A stretch of DNA of 64,000 nucleotides, from the NCBI GenBank assembly GCA_036570125.1, contig DATCPK010000161.1:4224-68223 (forward strand). Reading direction: 5' to 3'. Every line of letters begins with the position of its first letter. The stretch's first letter is position 1. A model generated the notes under the pieces. It was not told the origin of the DNA and searched no databases. It saw only the letters and a list, made by a program, of their open reading frames with translations. This DNA comes from Candidatus Limnocylindria bacterium. GTDB taxonomy: Bacteria; Chloroflexota; Limnocylindria; P2-11E. Positions 58,254 to 64,000 of this stretch are shown piece after piece. Made by a program: the position numbers and the translations under genes.

Positions 58254-59751
58254 TTGAGCTTCGGACTCCGAGCCGCGTGTACTTCGTCGAGTCGGGCGAG
58301 GGGCGCGTTCTTGGGTGCGGCCTTGACGGCTGCGGGGTCGGTCTTCGCCTTCTCGGCGATGCGGATCATCGCGGCGGCGAACGCGTCCAACGTCTCGCGC
58401 GGCTCGGTCTCAGTCGGCTCGATCATCAACGCCTCGGGGACGACGAGGGGGAAGTAGACCGTCGGCGGATGGAACCCTTCGTCGATCAGCGCCTTTCCGA
58501 CATCGAGCGCGGACACGCCGAGCTTCTTCTGCCGCGTTGCGGAGAGCACGAACTCGTGCATGCACGGGCGATCGAACGCGACGTCGTACGACCCGCGGAG
58601 CTGAGCCAGGAGGTAGTTCGCCGCGAGGATCGCGTCGTTCGAGGCCTCCGCGAGCCCCTCCTCTCCGAGCGTTCGCATGTAGGTGTACGCGCGGACGAGC
58701 ACGCCGAAGTTGCCGAGGAACGTTCGCACGCGTCCGATCGAATCGCCGAGGCCGGCCGGCGCCTGATCGTCGCGCGCCGTGTCGAGGTGATAGCGGCCTT
58801 GGTCATCACGAACGATCCACGGTTTCGGCAGGAACGCGCGCAGCGGCTCCTTGACGCAGAGCGGGCCCGCTCCGGGACCACCCGCGCCATGCGGCGTCGA
58901 GAACGTCTTGTGGACGTTGATGTGGATGCAGTCGAATCCGAGATCGCCGGGACGCGCGACGCCGAGCAGCGCGTTCATGTTCGCGCCGTCGCCGTAGACA
59001 AGGCCGCCGACCGCGTGCACCGCGTCGCACACCTCGCGCAGGCGCTCCTCGAAGAGGCCGAGCGTATTCGGGTTGGTCAGCATGAGTCCTACGACGTCGT
59101 CGCCCAGCGCGGTCTTGAGAGACGCGAGGTCGATGTTGCCGTGCGCATCGCTCTTGACGGTCGTCACTTCGAACCCGCACATCGCGGCCGACGCCGGATT
59201 GGTGCCGTGCGCTGTGTCGGGGACGATCACGCGACGGCGCTTCGCACCTTCACCGCGCTTTTGGTGGTAGGCCTTGAACATCAGGATCGCGGTGAACTCA
59301 GCCTGAGCGCCGGCTGCGGGTTGCAGCGTGACCGCCTCCATGCCCGTGAGCTTGGCAAGCATCAGTTCGAGATCCGCGAGCAGCGTGAGCGCTCCCTGCA
59401 CCGTGCTCTGCGGCTGCTGCGGGTGCAGGTCCGCGAAGAGGGATGCGACGCGGTCGTTGATCTTGGGGTTGTACTTCATGGTGCAGGAGCCCAGCGGATA
59501 CATGCCTGTGTCGACCGAGTAGTTGAGCTGCGCGAGGTGCGTGAAGTGACGCACCACCTGCGGCTCGGTGAGCTCGGGCAGGCCCAGCGGCGCTTTCCGT
59601 GCGAACGCGGCAGGGATCTGCGCGTCGGCCTCCTCGCCACCGCGCACGTGTCTGCCGGCGCGGCCCTCCTCGTGGATCTCGACGAGCAGCGGCTCGAGCG
59701 CCGGCACCTCGGTCTTCACGCCGGAGTCCGGGATGACCTGTGTACGAAGCG

Positions 59752-59755
<4 letters not shown>
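58229..59755 (-). CDS. gcvPB: Glycine dehydrogenase (decarboxylating) subunit 2.
   Basis: Conserved PLP region INVHKTFSTPHGAGGPG. ATGA overlap with gcvPA. Confidence 0.95.
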
Positions 59756-61119
<1,364 letters not shown>

Positions 61120-61194
61120 GGTCAAGCAGCTCGTCCCGTCGGCGGCGCCTCCGTGACTCGCCACGGGCTCAGGGCTGACCACGCCTCGCTACGC

Positions 61195-61210
61195 TCGGCT
61201 AACGGGGGCC
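61195..61210 (-). other. GC-only hairpin in the 147-nt gcvH-gcvPA intergenic region.
   Basis: GGGGGC-CCCT-GCCCCC perfect 6-bp stem; no U-tract. Confidence 0.3.
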
Positions 61211-61266
61211 CCTGCCCCCTCGCTCGTCGCGAGTGAATCGCTCCTCGCTTCAGCCTCAAGTCGTTT

Positions 61267-61671
61267 CTAGTCCCCGCCGGCGCCGGCCGTCTCGCCGATG
61301 TGCGAGCGATAGTCGGCCGACGAGAGAAGCTGCCCGAGCTCGGCCTTGTCGGAGAGCCGCACCTTTACCAACCACCCGTCCCCATACGGCACGGTGTTGA
61401 CGAGCTCGGGCTTCTCGATGACCTTCATGTTGCGTTCGACGACTTCGCCGGAGATCGGCGCGTAGATGTCGGATGCCGCCTTCACCGACTCGACGACGCC
61501 GAGGCTCGAGAACTGACGCACCGTCGCGCCCTTCTCCGGTAGCTCGACGAAGACGACGTCCCCGAGCTGCTCCTGCGCGAAGTGCGTGATGCCGATCGTG
61601 GCGACGTCGCCGTCGGCGCGCACCCACTCGTGCTCCTTTGAATACTTGAGATCGTCGGGAACGGTGCTCAC
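61267..61671 (-). CDS. gcvH: Glycine cleavage system H protein.
   Basis: Lipoyl-Lys motif [14 protein letters not shown]-terminal block. Confidence 0.95.
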   Translation of the reverse strand: MSTVPDDLKYSKEHEWVRADGDVATIGITHFAQEQLGDVVFVELPEKGATVRQFSSLGVVESVKAASDIYAPISGEVVERNMKVIEKPELVNTVPYGDGWLVKVRLSDKAELGQLLSSADYRSHIGETAGAGGD

Positions 61672-61726
61672 GCTTTTTTCACCCTGCTGTACCTCCGGCT
61701 CGCTCCGCTCGCCTCCGGCAGTCTCG

Positions 61727-62830
61727 TCACTTCGTTCCTCGACTGTAGAAAGGTGTCTTCACTACCGTAGCGGGAACGTCCTTGCCGCGAATGCGGACCC
61801 CGAGTGTCGTTCCAACCTTCGAAAGTGGCGTCGGGACGTAGGCGAGAGCGATGTTCTTTTCGACCGTCGGTCCATAGGTCCCGCTCGTGACGCGACCCAC
61901 GACCTCTCCGTTCTCTGTGACCTCGTGGCCGTGGCGGGCCACCCCGCCCTCGACGACGAGACCGGCGATCTTCCGCTTCGGTCCCGCCGCCTTTTTCGCG
62001 GCGATCACGTCGCGGCCGGTGAAGTCCTTGTCCAGCTTGCAGGTCCATCCGAGTCCCGCCTCGATGGGGTCGGTGGTCTCGTCGATGTCGTTGCCGTAGA
62101 GCGAAAAGCGCGCCTCGAGGCGGAGCGTGTCGCGCGCGCCGAGGCCGATGGGCTTGATGCCGTTCTGGCGCCCGGTCTCGAGGAGGGCGTCCCAGACCTT
62201 CGGCGCGTCGGCGTTCGCCACGAAGACCTCGAAGCCGTCCTCGCCCGTGTAGCCGGTTCGGGCCAGCGTCGCGCGGGCACCGGCCACGCGGCCGTGCGTC
62301 ACGCCGAACGACGGGAGCGACTTCACGTCCGCGTCGGTCTGCGACGCAAGGATCTCCGCGGCGCGTGGCCCTTGGATCGCGACGAGGGCCGTGGCGTAGG
62401 AGCGATCGTCGAGCGCGACATCTTGATCGAGATGCGCGAGCACATGCGCGCGGTCCTTCGCGATGTTCGCCGCGTTCACGACCATCATGTATTCGCCGTC
62501 GCTGATCCGGTAGACGATGACGTCATCGACGATCGTCCCGCGTTCGTTCGTCAGCAGGCCGTAGCGGGCCTGGCCGACCGCGAGACCGGCGATGTCGCTC
62601 GACACAAGCCGGTCCAGCGTCGAACCGGCGCCGCGACCTTTGAAGAAGAACTCACCCATGTGGGAGAGGTCGAACAGGCCGGCGCTGTTCCGGACCGCTC
62701 GATGCTCCGCGACGATCCCCTCGTATTGGATCGGCATCTCGTAACCCGCGAACGGGACCATCTTCGCGCCGAGCTCGGCATGCTTGTCGAACAGCGGGGT
62801 GCGCCGCATGGTCGGCGCCTCGGTCGCCAT
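61727..62830 (-). CDS. gcvT: Glycine cleavage system aminomethyltransferase T.
   Basis: Conserved GcvT blocks ([15 protein letters not shown]). 1-nt start/stop overlap with the Nudix gene. Confidence 0.95.
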   Translation of the reverse strand: MATEAPTMRRTPLFDKHAELGAKMVPFAGYEMPIQYEGIVAEHRAVRNSAGLFDLSHMGEFFFKGRGAGSTLDRLVSSDIAGLAVGQARYGLLTNERGTIVDDVIVYRISDGEYMMVVNAANIAKDRAHVLAHLDQDVALDDRSYATALVAIQGPRAAEILASQTDADVKSLPSFGVTHGRVAGARATLARTGYTGEDGFEVFVANADAPKVWDALLETGRQNGIKPIGLGARDTLRLEARFSLYGNDIDETTDPIEAGLGWTCKLDKDFTGRDVIAAKKAAGPKRKIAGLVVEGGVARHGHEVTENGEVVGRVTSGTYGPTVEKNIALAYVPTPLSKVGTTLGVRIRGKDVPATVVKTPFYSRGTK

Positions 62831-63282
62831 CAAGCGGCCTCTTCGGCCGCCGCGAGAGCGCGATCGAGGATCTCGCGGTACGTATCGAACGAAAGCAGGC
62901 GACGCGCTTCGTCCGCGGGCACCCACCGGACCTCGTCGTACTCCTGATCGTGCGCGGAGGTGTCGCCGCCGGTGGGCTCCATCAAGAAGAAGTGCACGAA
63001 CTTGTGGACGCGCTCGCCCGGCGCCGCAAACCAGTAATCGGTGGTGCCAAGGTCGCGAAGGATTCGGACCTTGAGGCCGGTCTCTTCCTCGACCTCGCGG
63101 AGCGCGGTGTCCTCGATCTCCTCGCCCTGATCGGGCGTCCCTTTCGGAAATACCCAGCTCCCGTCGGCGTAGCGGCCGGTGAGGACGACCTCGCGCTTTC
63201 CGTCACGATCGCGAAAGACAACGCCACCTGCGGCGATCGCGTCGCGGACACGTGAAGGCCGGCGGGTACGGATCGTCGGCAT
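62830..63282 (-). CDS. Nudix hydrolase.
   Basis: Nudix box GTPDQGEEIEDTALREVEEETG. Confidence 0.8.
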   Translation of the reverse strand: MPTIRTRRPSRVRDAIAAGGVVFRDRDGKREVVLTGRYADGSWVFPKGTPDQGEEIEDTALREVEEETGLKVRILRDLGTTDYWFAAPGERVHKFVHFFLMEPTGGDTSAHDQEYDEVRWVPADEARRLLSFDTYREILDRALAAAEEAA

Positions 63283-63324
63283 AACGGATGGATCCTCCCG
63301 GAAACGTGAGGAGTCGAAGTCTAA

Positions 63325-64000
63325 CTAAAGCAAACGCGTGTTGTTGATGACGAGGGCGAAGTTGCAGTGGAGGAACTCGGCGGCGCGGCGCGACAGCATC
63401 ATGCGCGGCAGGAAGATCTCGAAGTACTCCATGATCGGCGAGACCTCCGTGTCGACGGAGAGCTCGAGCGTGATGAGCTTCTCCTTGCGGCTGACTTTGA
63501 TCTCCGAGGCCGTTACCGCGTAGTTGACGCGGTCGTGGATATCGAACGAGGTCGACTTTGGGTTTCGCACGCGACTGCGGTGCACGTCGCTCTTGTCGGC
63601 GATGATGACCGCGGCGGACACGGCGCTCACGGGGAGCCCACCCTCATCCTCCTCATGGTTGGCGATCGCGCCCATCATCGTTGCGATCTCTTCGAGCGGA
63701 AACCCGAGGTCGGTCAGGATGTCCTTCGCGAGCAGTGCTCCCGTCTGCGCGTGCTTCTCCCTCGTCACGACGTTGCCCATGTCGTGCAGGTACGCGGCGA
63801 CCGCGGCGATCTCGCAGCGTCGCGCGTCATGGCCCAGCGACTTGAGGATGAACCGGGCGCCGTCGGCTGACGTGTTCGCGTGGCGCTCGCCGTGCTCGGT
63901 GTAGCCGATCGCTCCGGTCTGCTGGTTCGCGGAGCGGATGAAGACCTTCACGCGCTCGTCGGACTTGATGACGTCGAGCGTCGGACCCTCGCGTTTCGCC
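63325..64000 (-). CDS. HD-domain phosphohydrolase, probably 5'-truncated by the window edge.
   Basis: HD motif AAYLHDMG. The reading frame stays open upstream of the GTG at 63951 to the end of the window. Confidence 0.65.
   Translation of the reverse strand, partial: AKREGPTLDVIKSDERVKVFIRSANQQTGAIGYTEHGERHANTSADGARFILKSLGHDARRCEIAAVAAYLHDMGNVVTREKHAQTGALLAKDILTDLGFPLEEIATMMGAIANHEEDEGGLPVSAVSAAVIIADKSDVHRSRVRNPKSTSFDIHDRVNYAVTASEIKVSRKEKLITLELSVDTEVSPIMEYFEIFLPRMMLSRRAAEFLHCNFALVINNTRLL

Noticed and set aside
62831-63324. Expected glycine riboswitch upstream of gcvT.
   Set aside because: There is no non-coding space: gcvT overlaps the Nudix stop and the Nudix-HD gap is 42 nt. No aptamer-like consensus was seen by eye in the 147-nt gcvH-gcvPA spacer either.

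Overview
High-GC (roughly 70%) bacterial chromosomal segment. Almost all genes lie on the minus strand and are tightly packed, with many 1-8 nt start/stop overlaps (ATGA, GTGA, TTGA) suggesting long co-transcribed, translationally coupled arrays. No rRNA or tRNA genes, CRISPR arrays or mobile elements were recognised.

Reading low to high coordinates, the window contains:
- a BoxB-like diiron oxygenase, a 2-hydroxyacid dehydrogenase, a GNAT acetyltransferase and a PhnB/VOC-family protein;
- a contiguous respiratory operon: caa3-type cytochrome c oxidase (CoxII with a fused cytochrome c domain, CoxI, CoxIII, a small membrane subunit), a Rieske protein, and cytochrome b with a C-terminal c-type haem domain;
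- a DUF4349-like lipoprotein, TatD, MetRS and an M28 peptidase;
- an unusual co-transcribed ligase cassette: DinB_2-family protein, GCS2 (YbdK-like) carboxylate-amine ligase, circularly permuted ATP-grasp, classical ATP-grasp and esterase, running into ppa, rsmI and a NIPSNAP protein;
- an OmpR-type response regulator and histidine kinase, followed by a nested-hairpin RNA element and two unknown membrane proteins;
- an EamA transporter, NadE split from its CN-hydrolase (glutaminase) partner, and a large nucleotidyltransferase/phosphomannomutase-like fusion with degenerate mutase motifs;
- a stand-alone Lrp-type RAM-domain protein with a 67-aa partner, a DUF2079-like membrane protein and a polytopic membrane protein;
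- a SUF Fe-S assembly operon (Rrf2-sufC-sufS-sufU-sufB-sufD) ending in a Rieske ferredoxin;
- a YjjX-like NTPase and an ABC exporter;
- two peptide-type ABC import systems carrying four substrate-binding proteins, with an orphan lipoprotein gene inserted on the opposite strand;
- an ECF sigma/anti-sigma pair and an NlpC/P60 peptidase;
- the glycine cleavage genes gcvT-gcvH-gcvPA-gcvPB, preceded by Nudix and HD-domain genes.

The most interesting candidate for an undescribed system is the GCS2 + two ATP-grasp + DinB_2 cassette. It looks like a glutathione or glutathionyl-polyamine-style low-molecular-weight thiol or peptide-metabolite pathway.
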